Shown here one piece after another: positions 16,643-25,498 of a stretch of DNA of 41,481 nt. Each line of letters opens with the position of its first letter. Positions within the stretch are counted from its first letter, which is position 1. A program made the position numbers and the translations under genes. The DNA lies in the NCBI GenBank assembly GCA_965248925.1, contig CBDFLE010000002.1:1-41481 (forward strand), given 5' to 3'. This DNA is from Candidatus Multivoradales bacterium (GTDB taxonomy: Bacteria > Acidobacteriota > Thermoanaerobaculia > Multivoradales > J023). The notes below the pieces were generated by a model. That model was given only the letters and a program-made list of their open reading frames with translations. It ran no database searches and was not told the origin of the DNA.

Positions 16643-16947
16643 CGACCACCCGCATCGCTATCGGCGCAATCGACGACCCGGCGTTCATCGGCGCCATCCG
16701 CCCGCTCGACGATCAGACGCTTCCGACCGACGTCGCTGGCGTCAGCGATTCAGCTTGGACCACGGTCAAGGCCTACGTCCTCGGTGGGAATCTGGTCAAG
16801 CCGCTCGAACACCAAGTCTTGACCGAGACGTTGGGCACGCTCACCGACATCAACGACATCAACCCGCTCGCCGGCGACTCGCCTGATTCGAACCGCGCGA
16901 CGGTCGAGTCCGAGATCGTCGCCGCGATCGACAACATCCTCCCGTGA
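16639..16947 (+). CDS. Hypothetical protein (102 aa)
   Basis: ATGA-coupled; native codon usage. Confidence 0.6.
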   Translation: MTTTRIAIGAIDDPAFIGAIRPLDDQTLPTDVAGVSDSAWTTVKAYVLGGNLVKPLEHQVLTETLGTLTDINDINPLAGDSPDSNRATVESEIVAAIDNILP

Positions 16948-17147
16948 AGAAGAGATTCCGTGTTGGACAGGTTTGGGTCGGGAAGACCGGTCACCGTCGC
17001 GGCATCACCAACATGACCGAGACGCACGTCAGGAGTGTCGACCTCGAGAGCCGCCTCGCGTTCATCATGGTGACGAAGGCCTTCGCCAAGTGGGCTGGGG
17101 AGCTCTACAACCCCGACGCTGTCTACCAAGCTCAGCTGGCGGTATGA
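16944..17147 (+). CDS. Small hypothetical protein (67 aa, SH3-like pattern)
   Basis: GTGA overlap. FRVGQVW start typical of small beta-barrel phage proteins. Confidence 0.55.
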   Translation: MKKRFRVGQVWVGKTGHRRGITNMTETHVRSVDLESRLAFIMVTKAFAKWAGELYNPDAVYQAQLAV

Positions 17148-17192
17148 TCGGGCTGCGCTAGCAGAGGTTGCGAAGCTGCGTGGGACTTGGTC

Positions 17193-17237
17193 AAGGCGGT
17201 GCCATCCTAGGCAACGGGGTGGCGCCGCCTTCTTTTT
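17193..17237 (+). terminator. Rho-independent terminator
   Basis: AAGGCGGTGCCATCC...GGGTGGCGCCGCCTT stem (with G-U pairs) followed by CTTTTT. Confidence 0.75.
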
Positions 17238-17318
17238 CCGCTAGACTCCGCCGCGTGAAGATCTCCAAGGGCCGAGGCGACCACGTTCGCAAGGCCCGCT
17301 ACACGACCGGCGAGGACG

Positions 17319-17702
17319 ATGAGCGAGGAAAGCGCGGCGACGAAAGTTCGGATCTCGACGATCAAGCTGCCCTCGACGAGAGCCGGCCTGTTCTCGATCT
17401 CGTTTCCGAAAGGGTCGAGGCGTCTGTCGTTCCGTTGCATGAAACCGCCGCACGGCGACCCGGCGCTCGTCGTGGTGTCGCCGGCGACGTCGACCGAGAG
17501 AGTGACCCGGGCGATTCTGATCGTGCGTGAGGGCGCCCCCATGGAGGCCGATACGGTGCCGAACCGCGAGGCTTATCTCGGTGAGTGGCGCTTCGCTGGT
17601 CACCAGTTCTACGCCTTCGACGCGGGACCGTACGTTGAGCCAAGTCCACCAGAAGAAACCGAGGCCGAAGTCGCGGCCAACGCCACCACCACCAAAACCT
17701 GA
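17319..17702 (+). CDS. Conserved small beta-rich phage protein (DUF7352-like pattern)
   Basis: ISFPKGS..LS...RAILIVREG...YLGEW...FYAFD pattern. GAGGA RBS. Confidence 0.5.
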   Translation: MSEESAATKVRISTIKLPSTRAGLFSISFPKGSRRLSFRCMKPPHGDPALVVVSPATSTERVTRAILIVREGAPMEADTVPNREAYLGEWRFAGHQFYAFDAGPYVEPSPPEETEAEVAANATTTKT

Positions 17703-17808
17703 GACGGTCGAGGTTCGCCTCTTGCGCGCGCTGCTCGCTGAGCAGCATGAGACGCGGAGGCTGCTCGCCGAGCTCGTTCTCGAAACCAAACGGAGCCGCA
17801 AGCAATGA
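17635..17808 (+). CDS. Small basic/coiled-coil hypothetical protein
   Basis: Fills the gap 17703-17804 and its stop is ATGA-coupled to 17805. Start uncertain (TTG 17635). Confidence 0.4.
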   Translation: MSQVHQKKPRPKSRPTPPPPKPETVEVRLLRALLAEQHETRRLLAELVLETKRSRKQ

Positions 17809-18200
17809 AGAGCGTCGCAATCGATCCGATCTTCGACGAAGACGGTCACCCCACCGGCGAGGCTGTCTTGATCGACCATCGCTCGCTCGAGCGGGTCGTC
17901 GTCAAGCTGACCAGCGTGCAGAAGTGGCCCGGACAGGGCCCGTCGATGTTCGGCATCCCCGAGACGGACATCATCGAGTACCAAGAGGCTCAGGCGGCGG
18001 GCAAGAGTGACTCGGCGCCGGTGACCAGCGACCCCACGGACACCAAGCCGCCGGCTGATGAAACGAAGCCCCCGACGGACGAAAGCGGATCGTCCGTCGT
18101 TTCCACCGGCTCTGCCGGTGGCGATACCCCCCCGAATCCCCCGACTTCCGAACCGGGGGCGGGTTCCGCCGCCGGGGGAAACCCCGGCGAGGCTCAGTAG
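17805..18200 (+). CDS. Hypothetical protein with disordered Pro/Ser/Asp-rich tail
   Basis: ATGA start, native codon usage. Confidence 0.6.
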   Translation: MKSVAIDPIFDEDGHPTGEAVLIDHRSLERVVVKLTSVQKWPGQGPSMFGIPETDIIEYQEAQAAGKSDSAPVTSDPTDTKPPADETKPPTDESGSSVVSTGSAGGDTPPNPPTSEPGAGSAAGGNPGEAQ

Positions 18201-18253
18201 GCGCGAGAAAACTTCGCGTTCGGCCGTTCGGTGCTGAGCTCGAGGGTATCGTT

Positions 18254-18291
18254 GAGCCGCTTTCCCGTTGGCGCGGGGAGCGGCTCTCTTT
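18254..18291 (+). terminator. Rho-independent terminator-like hairpin
   Basis: GAGCCGCTTTCCCG-6nt-CGGGGAGCGGCTC followed by TCTTT. Confidence 0.6.
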
Positions 18292-18305
18292 GTAGGATCG
18301 CCCGC

Positions 18306-18467
18306 ATGGAATCGAAGCCAGGACCGAAGACGTCAGAGTTCAAGCTCACCGTCTTCCTCGTCGCCGTGGGAGTGGTCTTGCTGTTCATGGATCAGACCGA
18401 CGCCGGCGCGGCGATCCTCGCAGCAGCAGGTATCGGATACCCCGCCGCTCGAGGCCTAGCCAAGTGA
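18306..18467 (+). CDS. Putative holin-like membrane peptide (53 aa)
   Basis: KPGPKTSEF..T N-terminal motif, two hydrophobic segments, C-terminal Y...RGLAK. TAGGAT 7 nt upstream. Confidence 0.55.
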   Translation: MESKPGPKTSEFKLTVFLVAVGVVLLFMDQTDAGAAILAAAGIGYPAARGLAK

Positions 18468-18754
18468 GCGTTGGGTCGGTTGACAGGCGTGTCGTTACCT
18501 ATCCAGCGCTGTGGGCGGTGCTCGTATCGGTCATCACGCTCGGGCTCGGAGTGACCGCATTCTTTCACGACAGCCAATCGACAGCGCTGGCCGAGCATGC
18601 ACAGCATCCTCATCATGGCGCTGTCCACCGGCGAGAACTGGAAGCGCAAGCCATTGCCTCGAGGCGGGAGATCGCTGAAATCCAGAAGCGGAACGAGATC
18701 CAATTCTCGTTCATCCGCACCGAGCTTGCTGAGATCAAGGCTCGCTTGAAGTAG
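18464..18754 (+). CDS. Single-TM protein with C-terminal coiled coil (holin/spanin-like candidate)
   Basis: ALWAVLVSVITLGLGVTAFF then a coiled coil. GTGA overlap. Confidence 0.55.
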   Translation: MSVGSVDRRVVTYPALWAVLVSVITLGLGVTAFFHDSQSTALAEHAQHPHHGAVHRRELEAQAIASRREIAEIQKRNEIQFSFIRTELAEIKARLK

Positions 18755-18825
18755 AGGACTGCCGCGGCTAGTCTCCTAGAGTCCGCTGAGCGGACTTTCC
18801 TTTCGCAACCCTACGGAGACTGATA

Positions 18826-19719
18826 ATGAGTAGTGGCACCGTTCCCCCGCTAGAGGGCGGGTTTCACATCCCTTGGAGCGAGGTCGACCCGACGCTCCAA
18901 CACGGCGGGATCGCCGGGCAGCTGGCCGAGGGATTCGTCGCCGCGAAGCTCGGCGACAACACCGCGTCGAAGAACATGGACGCCCGCACGGTGTTCGCTG
19001 TGGTGCGCGACTTCACCGCATCGGTTTCGATGCATCCCGAGGCGAACATCGAAGGCCCGCCTCAGCGAGGCATCGTCGAGGACGTCCTCCGCGGGTTGAA
19101 CTGGGTCCTCGAACGCTTGTGGGATCGAACCCGCTCGAGCGCCGATGTCTTCTTCACCTGGACGCACGCCACGCCGCCGAGCGAGAGCTTCCGCTTGCGG
19201 CCGGTGCGCTTCCCGCTGCGCAACGAATTCGCGCACACCGCGATCGAGACCTTGCTTGGTTCGATGATCGAGATCGCCGAGATGAACGCCAACGCGCACC
19301 ACACGGGTTTCGATCCGTCGTCGACCGCGCGCATGCTGGGTCCGTTCCTGGTGCTGAAGGCGAACCTCATGCGCGATTTCTTCGACAAGGAGATCGGTGG
19401 GCAGATCACCGCGCAGGAGCTCGCGACGTTGTTCGCCGCGACCAGCCCGCCGCCGGGGCCGACCATCGTTCCACCGGGTCAAGAGGCGCCGACGCCGACG
19501 AGTGCGGCGGTCGCCGTCGAGCAACAGGGCGCCGACGTCGTCCAGTGGTTCCCGACGCCGGAAGACTGGGCTGTATTTGGTCGCAAGCGCGACGCGCTCT
19601 ACAAGGCCGAGCGCATCTTCCAACCCGAAGCGGCGTTCGGCACGACTGAGGACGTCTCGCCACCGATGGCCGCTACGCCTCCCTCTGGCGGCTCCAGTGC
19701 GCTCACCGACGGCGGATGA
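18826..19719 (+). CDS. Hypothetical protein (297 aa)
   Basis: GGAG RBS, native codon usage, ATGA-coupled to the next gene. Confidence 0.7.
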   Translation: MSSGTVPPLEGGFHIPWSEVDPTLQHGGIAGQLAEGFVAAKLGDNTASKNMDARTVFAVVRDFTASVSMHPEANIEGPPQRGIVEDVLRGLNWVLERLWDRTRSSADVFFTWTHATPPSESFRLRPVRFPLRNEFAHTAIETLLGSMIEIAEMNANAHHTGFDPSSTARMLGPFLVLKANLMRDFFDKEIGGQITAQELATLFAATSPPPGPTIVPPGQEAPTPTSAAVAVEQQGADVVQWFPTPEDWAVFGRKRDALYKAERIFQPEAAFGTTEDVSPPMAATPPSGGSSALTDGG

Positions 19720-20120
19720 CCGACCAGGACCTCAGCGCCTTTAGGGCGAAGGAGACCCCGGCAGCGGCGATGATCGCCCTAGCTGATCCGGGGCTTTCCT
19801 TGCTTCTCGCGTTGTGGTCTACGGTCAAGGTTCGAATCGCCCCTTCTGAGACGGTGCCGGCGACGTGGGCGGAGCTCTGGAGTGATGACCGCGCAGCCGT
19901 CGATATTAGTGAAGTCGCCACGATGCTCGGCGTTGACGTCAACACTGCGGCGCGCGTCGTCGAGCGAGCGATCGCGCTGCGCGTCGTCTATCCTGACGGC
20001 ACGATCCACGAATCCGCTCGAGAGCTGTTGGGTAAGAAGGTCGAGCTATGGAAGCGATTGGCGCTAGGGCAGAAGGCCGAAATCCCCGACTCGCTGCCGG
20101 AGCCGGAGCCGGAGCAGTAG
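19716..20120 (+). CDS. Winged-HTH-like protein directly upstream of terL (alternative TerS candidate)
   Basis: ISEVATMLGVDVNTAARVVERAIALRVV HTH pattern and position. Confidence 0.55.
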   Translation: MTDQDLSAFRAKETPAAAMIALADPGLSLLLALWSTVKVRIAPSETVPATWAELWSDDRAAVDISEVATMLGVDVNTAARVVERAIALRVVYPDGTIHESARELLGKKVELWKRLALGQKAEIPDSLPEPEPEQ

Positions 20121-21682
20121 ACGACCTCGAGCTCCTGACTCGGCTGCACGACGCCGGCATCCCTCAAGACTTCGACCGCGAGCGGCATCCTCCCGAGCTA
20201 CTCGCCTACTTCCTCGACCACGCTGAAGACTGGCGAAACGGCCGGATCCGGCTCGGCGATCACTGCGAACGATTCACCACCGGCGAGAACGGCGAGCTCG
20301 TCGCGCAGTGGTACCCTGATTCGCTCGACTCGCGTGTCCTGGTCGACAAGGCTGAGCTCTTCGAGCGGCTCGGGTATCGGCCCGCTCTTCCGTCGTGCTT
20401 CGCGCACGCCAGCTTGCAGCGCATCCGTACGCTCTCGGGTGGCGCGCGCTACGGCAAGAGCCGGTGGGCTGGCTTCGAGATCTTGCCGCTCCTGCTGACG
20501 CCCGGCTTCATTATCTGGATCGTCGCGCCTGACTACAGTCTCGGTGAGAAGGAGTTCCGATACGCTCTTGAGGCGATCAACTCGACGGTGATCCGCGACG
20601 ACTTCGGTGAGATGATCGACGCCGGTCGCGTGCGCAACAACGCCAAGGGCGGCGACATGGAGATCCGTCTCGACTGGGGTGACGCTGGGTTCTCTCAGCT
20701 CATCGTCAAGAGCGCCCGCAACAAGGAAAGCCTACTCGGCGAGGCGGTCGACGCGGTGATCCTGGCCGAGGCCAGCCAGCTCACGGCGGAGATTTGGAGC
20801 CGCTATCTACAGCCTCGGTTGATGAACACCGACGGGATTGCGCTGTTCCCGAGCTCGCCGCAAGGAACCGACTGGTTCGACACGATCGCGAAGAAGGGTC
20901 TCGACGGGACCCGTGGCTTCTTCACGGTCAACGCCGATACGAGGATGAACCCGACGCTGAAGCTCGGCACCGTCGTCGACCTGTCGTCGCGCGATCAAAT
21001 GGGCGACAGCGACTTCGCTGAGCAGATCCGCGGGATCGGCGTGCCCAAGCACGGTCTGATCTACCTCGGCTTCAGCCGCGCGCTGCACGTTGATACGTGG
21101 GACGTCGAATGGCCGCGGCCGTCGTGGCGTCGTGGGCGCGTGTTCGACTTTGGTTTTCGCGACGCCTACGTCGTGTTGTGGTTCGCTCGCGACGAGGACG
21201 GCCGCTTCTACTTCTACCGCGAGTTCTACAAGCGCGGCGTGCTGACCGATGAGGTGGTCGCCGCGATCGCCAAGGCCGAGGGCTGGCCGACCTCGAAGGA
21301 TGCCGCTACGGGCAAGGTCACCTTGGTCGGCGCGCCGCGGGTCGAGAAGATGTCGCTCACCTCGATTTGCGATTGGGATGCCGGCGAGCGGGAGTCGCTA
21401 CGGCGCCGAGGTATTGGTTCTCGCATGGCGAACAAGTCGATCGACGAAGGCGTGAAGAGCGTCGCGCGATCGCTCCAGCTTCAGCGCGACGGCAAGCCGC
21501 GGGTCTACATAAGTCCGCGGTGCCTCAACTTGATCCGGGAGGTTCGCTCGTATGAGTGGGGCCCCCACGGCGGACCGAAGGCCAACCAAGACGATCACGC
21601 GATGGACGCGATGCGCTATGCGATCCACACCCTCGACCCACGCTACGGTGAGCTGAAGATCCGCGAGATCGAGTTCGGCTAG
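20048..21682 (+). CDS. terL: Terminase large subunit
   Basis: GGARYGKS (Walker A), WIVAPDY, VILAEA (Walker B), SSPQG, nuclease FDFGFRD and DDHAMDAMRY. Start uncertain. Confidence 0.92.
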   Translation: MEAIGARAEGRNPRLAAGAGAGAVDDLELLTRLHDAGIPQDFDRERHPPELLAYFLDHAEDWRNGRIRLGDHCERFTTGENGELVAQWYPDSLDSRVLVDKAELFERLGYRPALPSCFAHASLQRIRTLSGGARYGKSRWAGFEILPLLLTPGFIIWIVAPDYSLGEKEFRYALEAINSTVIRDDFGEMIDAGRVRNNAKGGDMEIRLDWGDAGFSQLIVKSARNKESLLGEAVDAVILAEASQLTAEIWSRYLQPRLMNTDGIALFPSSPQGTDWFDTIAKKGLDGTRGFFTVNADTRMNPTLKLGTVVDLSSRDQMGDSDFAEQIRGIGVPKHGLIYLGFSRALHVDTWDVEWPRPSWRRGRVFDFGFRDAYVVLWFARDEDGRFYFYREFYKRGVLTDEVVAAIAKAEGWPTSKDAATGKVTLVGAPRVEKMSLTSICDWDAGERESLRRRGIGSRMANKSIDEGVKSVARSLQLQRDGKPRVYISPRCLNLIREVRSYEWGPHGGPKANQDDHAMDAMRYAIHTLDPRYGELKIREIEFG

Positions 21683-21722
21683 GGCTGGCGATGCAGGCAC
21701 TAGAGCGTTAGGAATTGCAAGC

Positions 21723-22046
21723 ATGATTCCAGGCCGCGCGACGAGTGACTTCAAGCAGCTAGCCTTTGGGTCAGGCACCACCGAGCTTGCTGCGGCCAAG
21801 GCCGACTTGGTGCCGGTGTTGATCGGGTTGCGAGTCAAGAACAGTTTAACCGCCGGCACCGCAGCGAAGATCCAGACGGGCACGGGTAGCCGTGAGCTCT
21901 TCAACTTCAACTTGGTCGACGCGACTGAGCTGACCGCGGTGGTCTCGGTCCTATACGGCGACGTCGGTGAGTCGCTCGAGTTCGTCGCAGCGGGATCGGC
22001 CGGCAACGCCTTCCTGGGCTACACGGTCATCTACATCAGCGGATGA
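21723..22046 (+). CDS. Small beta-sandwich protein, candidate head decoration/spike (paralog A)
   Basis: Beta-rich 107 aa. Shares VPVL, YGDVGE.L.F and Y.SG* with the next gene. Confidence 0.6.
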   Translation: MIPGRATSDFKQLAFGSGTTELAAAKADLVPVLIGLRVKNSLTAGTAAKIQTGTGSRELFNFNLVDATELTAVVSVLYGDVGESLEFVAAGSAGNAFLGYTVIYISG

Positions 22047-22390
22047 CCGCGATCGTCAACATTCTGCCGAGGGGAACGTCGGGTGTTCTGGCGGTGACCA
22101 CAGCAACCCCGGTCGTGATCGCTCCGGCGGTGCCCTACATGGTGCCGGTGTTGTTGTCGGTGATCCTCCGCCGGGTTGGCGTCGGCGGTGGGGCGTTCTC
22201 GAAGATCAGCACATCGGGCGGGCGCAATGTCCTCATGATGACCGTTCTCGCAACTGGTGACCCACCGTTCCGAAGCCCCGACTCGCTTCCGGTCTACGGC
22301 GACGTTGGCGAGGCGCTTCAGTTCACTCGCGTCGAAGCTGTCGGCGGGACCGTCCACGTTTTCTACTCCTACGGATACGTGTCCGGATGA
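22043..22390 (+). CDS. Small beta-sandwich protein, candidate head decoration/spike (paralog B)
   Basis: ATGA-coupled on both sides; paralog of the previous gene. Confidence 0.6.
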   Translation: MTAIVNILPRGTSGVLAVTTATPVVIAPAVPYMVPVLLSVILRRVGVGGGAFSKISTSGGRNVLMMTVLATGDPPFRSPDSLPVYGDVGEALQFTRVEAVGGTVHVFYSYGYVSG

Positions 22391-24618
22391 CTCGACGCGG
22401 CAAAAGGAAGGCGCACAAGATCGCCGGAGTGAACGCAGAGAAGTCCTCGAGGGTTCTTAGCGCGCTCGGCGTCGAGGACCTGGGCTTCGGCTCGGACGGC
22501 ATCCCGCCGGGGTTCCCGATCGAGAGCTACTTCGACTCGCTGCGCAAGTCGGTGTGGCTCATGGCGTGCAGCTATCGGCTCGCGTACGCGATCGCCTCGG
22601 TCGGGTTCAAGGTGCTCAAGCGCCGCGACAAGACTGAGGCCAAGGGGGCCAAAGCGAATCAGCTGCGCGACTTGCTCGACCGCGTCAATCCCGAGGACAC
22701 CTACTTCGATTGGATCGAGTCGAAAATGGTCCACCTCTCGATCGCCGGCGAGAGCTTCACCGAGGTCGCGACGAACAAGCTGCGCGAACCGGCTGAGCTG
22801 TGGGAGTGGAATCCCGACATGGTCAAGCCGCTCTCGGAGACGCGGGGGGGGCGTGCGCGCGTGCGAGCGTATCGGTTCTTCAGCGGCGGGCAGCACATCG
22901 ACGTGCCGCGTGAGAGCGTCGTGCACACGAAGGTCTACAACCCGCTTCACCGCGACCGCGGGTTCTCGTTCGTGTCGGCGATGCAAACCGACCTATCGGC
23001 GGACATCCAAGCGGCGCTGTGGAACCGCGCCTTCCTGAAGAACGGCGCGCGCACCGGTGGTTGGATGAAGCCGACCGAGGGCGACCTCGACGATGGCCAG
23101 TGGCGTCGCCTGAAAGCCGAGGTCCAGCGGACGACCTCGGGCTCGAGCAACGCCGGCAAATACGGCGTGCTGCCGGCGGGGATCGACATCACCGAAACCG
23201 GCGTCAGTCCCAAAGACCTCGATTGGTCGAGCCTTCGTCGGTGGACGCGCGAGGTCGCCGCGGGCGGCACGGGCATCCCGCCGATCCTGGTCGGCAACTT
23301 CGACGCAGCCAGCTACGCCAATACTGAGCAACAGCTCTCGGCGTTCTGGGACTACGTCGGCAAGCCGTGGCTACGGAAGATCTTCTCGGCGCTCAACGAA
23401 CGGTTGGTCCACCCGTTGATTTCCGAGGACCTGATCCTGTGGCCGGACATGCTCGAGATCGACTCGCTCGTCGACTCCGAAACGACCCGGGTCCAGAACA
23501 CTTCGACGCTCATGCAGGCGGGCGTCATGACGATCAACGAAGGCCGACAGCGTCAAGGCTTGCCGGCTCTCCCAGACGGCGACCGGCTGCTCATCCCGCT
23601 CGCGCTCGACCCCGTCTTGGGTGATGACCTCGAGCGGGAAGAGCCACCGGCTCCGGCCCCGGCGCCCGAGGGCGAAGGCGCCGACCCTGAGCCACCCGAT
23701 GACGATGGTAAGCACGCCAAGGCCTCCAGGGCCGACCGTGAGGTCATGCGCGAGGCTCAGGCTCGTGAGCTAGCCAGGGCGGAGAAGAAGCTTCAGCGGG
23801 CAGCCTCGACGTTTCTGGCGACCTTCAAGGCTGGGTTTGTCGCCCGGGCCAAGGCGGCCGGCGAGCTGCCCGACCCCGAGTTCATCGCTGGGCCGATCGA
23901 GGCCGAGTCGCGCCAGGCGTTCGAGCTTCTGGCGCCGGCGTTCGTCGAGGCGGTATCGGACAGCGCCGAGACGACCCTTGGCCGCCTCGGCTTCGAGAAG
24001 GGTGTGGAGGTATACCGGCGCAAGGTCGACGCGCCCGAGCGCCTGCCCGAGCTCATCGACATCATCGGCTCGTTCGACGAGCTCAACCCGCGAGTGATCG
24101 CCTACCTCGAGCGGGTGTTTGGTCACCTCGAGGACTTGACCCGTGAGACCATCGCCGGCGTCAGGGACACGATTACCACGGGTCTTCAGGGCGGGAAGGG
24201 CATCAACCAAATCGTCATCGACCTTGAGGGCTTGGCAGCTTTCAGCGCCGAGCGCGCTGAGCGCATCGCTCGCACCGAGACCGCGGCGGCGATGAACCTC
24301 GGCGCGAGCGAGGCCTTCCGCGTCGCCGGCACCGATAGGAAATCGTGGCTCTCGGCGAAGATTCCCGGGCGGACTCGTGACTCGCACGCCGAGGCCGATG
24401 CTCGATACAGTCGCGCGCCGATCCCGGTGAGCGACAAGTTCATCCTCGAGGACCCGACCCGCACACCGAGCCGGGCCGAGCTCATGTTTCCCAGCGACCC
24501 CGAGGCGCCAGCCTGGGCGGTGGTCAACTGTCTGTGTTCGATGGTCCCCGAACAACCTGAGGCGCGCCGCTACTGGGTCGCCCAATGCCGCAAGGAACTC
24601 GACTTATGCTTGAGCTGA
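22387..24618 (+). CDS. HK97-family portal protein fused to a C-terminal MuF (SPP1 gp7-like) domain
   Basis: Portal: RVNP, IAGESF, FLKNGAR, SNAGK, GIPPILVG, ASYANTEQ, GVMTINEGR. MuF: RAERIARTET, KSWLS, RTRDSH, FPSDP, VVNCLC. Confidence 0.9.
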   Translation: MTRRGKRKAHKIAGVNAEKSSRVLSALGVEDLGFGSDGIPPGFPIESYFDSLRKSVWLMACSYRLAYAIASVGFKVLKRRDKTEAKGAKANQLRDLLDRVNPEDTYFDWIESKMVHLSIAGESFTEVATNKLREPAELWEWNPDMVKPLSETRGGRARVRAYRFFSGGQHIDVPRESVVHTKVYNPLHRDRGFSFVSAMQTDLSADIQAALWNRAFLKNGARTGGWMKPTEGDLDDGQWRRLKAEVQRTTSGSSNAGKYGVLPAGIDITETGVSPKDLDWSSLRRWTREVAAGGTGIPPILVGNFDAASYANTEQQLSAFWDYVGKPWLRKIFSALNERLVHPLISEDLILWPDMLEIDSLVDSETTRVQNTSTLMQAGVMTINEGRQRQGLPALPDGDRLLIPLALDPVLGDDLEREEPPAPAPAPEGEGADPEPPDDDGKHAKASRADREVMREAQARELARAEKKLQRAASTFLATFKAGFVARAKAAGELPDPEFIAGPIEAESRQAFELLAPAFVEAVSDSAETTLGRLGFEKGVEVYRRKVDAPERLPELIDIIGSFDELNPRVIAYLERVFGHLEDLTRETIAGVRDTITTGLQGGKGINQIVIDLEGLAAFSAERAERIARTETAAAMNLGASEAFRVAGTDRKSWLSAKIPGRTRDSHAEADARYSRAPIPVSDKFILEDPTRTPSRAELMFPSDPEAPAWAVVNCLCSMVPEQPEARRYWVAQCRKELDLCLS

Positions 24619-25457
24619 GCCAGAAGACTTTCGTTCCCGCCTTCAGCACCAAGGCCGGCTCGGTCGACGTCGAGGCGCGCACCCTCGAGGCTGTCTTCTC
24701 GTCGTCGTCGCTGGACCGTGACGGCGAGGTGATTCAGCCCGGAGCCTTCAAGGAACGAATCGGCAGCTTCGAGAAGAACCCTGTCGTTCTGTGGATGCAC
24801 AACGCATTCGATCCGCCGATCGGTCACGTCGCCGAGATGGAGATCGGCGACAAGGCCATCGAGGGGAAGATCCAGTTTCGCCCAGCCGGCGACGACCCGC
24901 TTGCCGACAACGTTTTCCTTGCCTACGCGAGTGGCGACTTGACGTCGTTTTCGATCGGCTTCCGTGTCTTCAAGATGGACCAACCCGAGATCGACGAAGA
25001 GACCGGCAAGCAGACCTCGCCGCCGACGGTCACCGAAGGCGAGCTCATGGAGTTGTCGGCCGTGACCATCCCGGCGAACACCGATGCCGTGAGCAAGCAC
25101 GCCGAGATGGCGAATCTCTTGACTTCGGGCCTGAATCGCTACCTCAAGGTGACGGGCGAGAAGATGCCTCAGGTCGGTCGCAAGTTGCTCATGCCGTCCG
25201 TGGGGCAGCCGATTTACACGGCCACCGCGAGCGACCTGGCGGTTCTCGAGAAGGCTCACGAAGTCGTTGGTCGGTTGATGGACAACGTCGCTCGCAAGAC
25301 GCGCGTTTCCCCTGAACAGCTCGACGCGCTAAGAACTCTCCGACTCTCACTCGTTGTGTCTTCCGCTCCTGAGGCGGACGAGTCGACGGCTGCGAGTCAA
25401 CTCCTCTCGGAGGCGTTCGCAGCCTGCGACGCCGCCCTTGCTGGGAACCCCTCCTAG
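24606..25457 (+). CDS. HK97-family prohead protease
   Basis: DRDGEVI.PGAF, NPVVLWMHN..PIG, SFSIGF, ELSAVTIPAN. ATG 24606 preferred over 24585. Confidence 0.92.
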   Translation: MLELSQKTFVPAFSTKAGSVDVEARTLEAVFSSSSLDRDGEVIQPGAFKERIGSFEKNPVVLWMHNAFDPPIGHVAEMEIGDKAIEGKIQFRPAGDDPLADNVFLAYASGDLTSFSIGFRVFKMDQPEIDEETGKQTSPPTVTEGELMELSAVTIPANTDAVSKHAEMANLLTSGLNRYLKVTGEKMPQVGRKLLMPSVGQPIYTATASDLAVLEKAHEVVGRLMDNVARKTRVSPEQLDALRTLRLSLVVSSAPEADESTAASQLLSEAFAACDAALAGNPS

Positions 25458-25498
25458 CGGACACTCAACCCGAAACCCCCAAAGAGAGAACCGGACCG

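Noticed and set aside
20750-20780. TerL Walker B VILAE instead of hhhhDE as a sign of inactivation
   Set aside because: Catalytic Glu, Walker A, coupling motif and nuclease residues are intact, and it is the only TerL.
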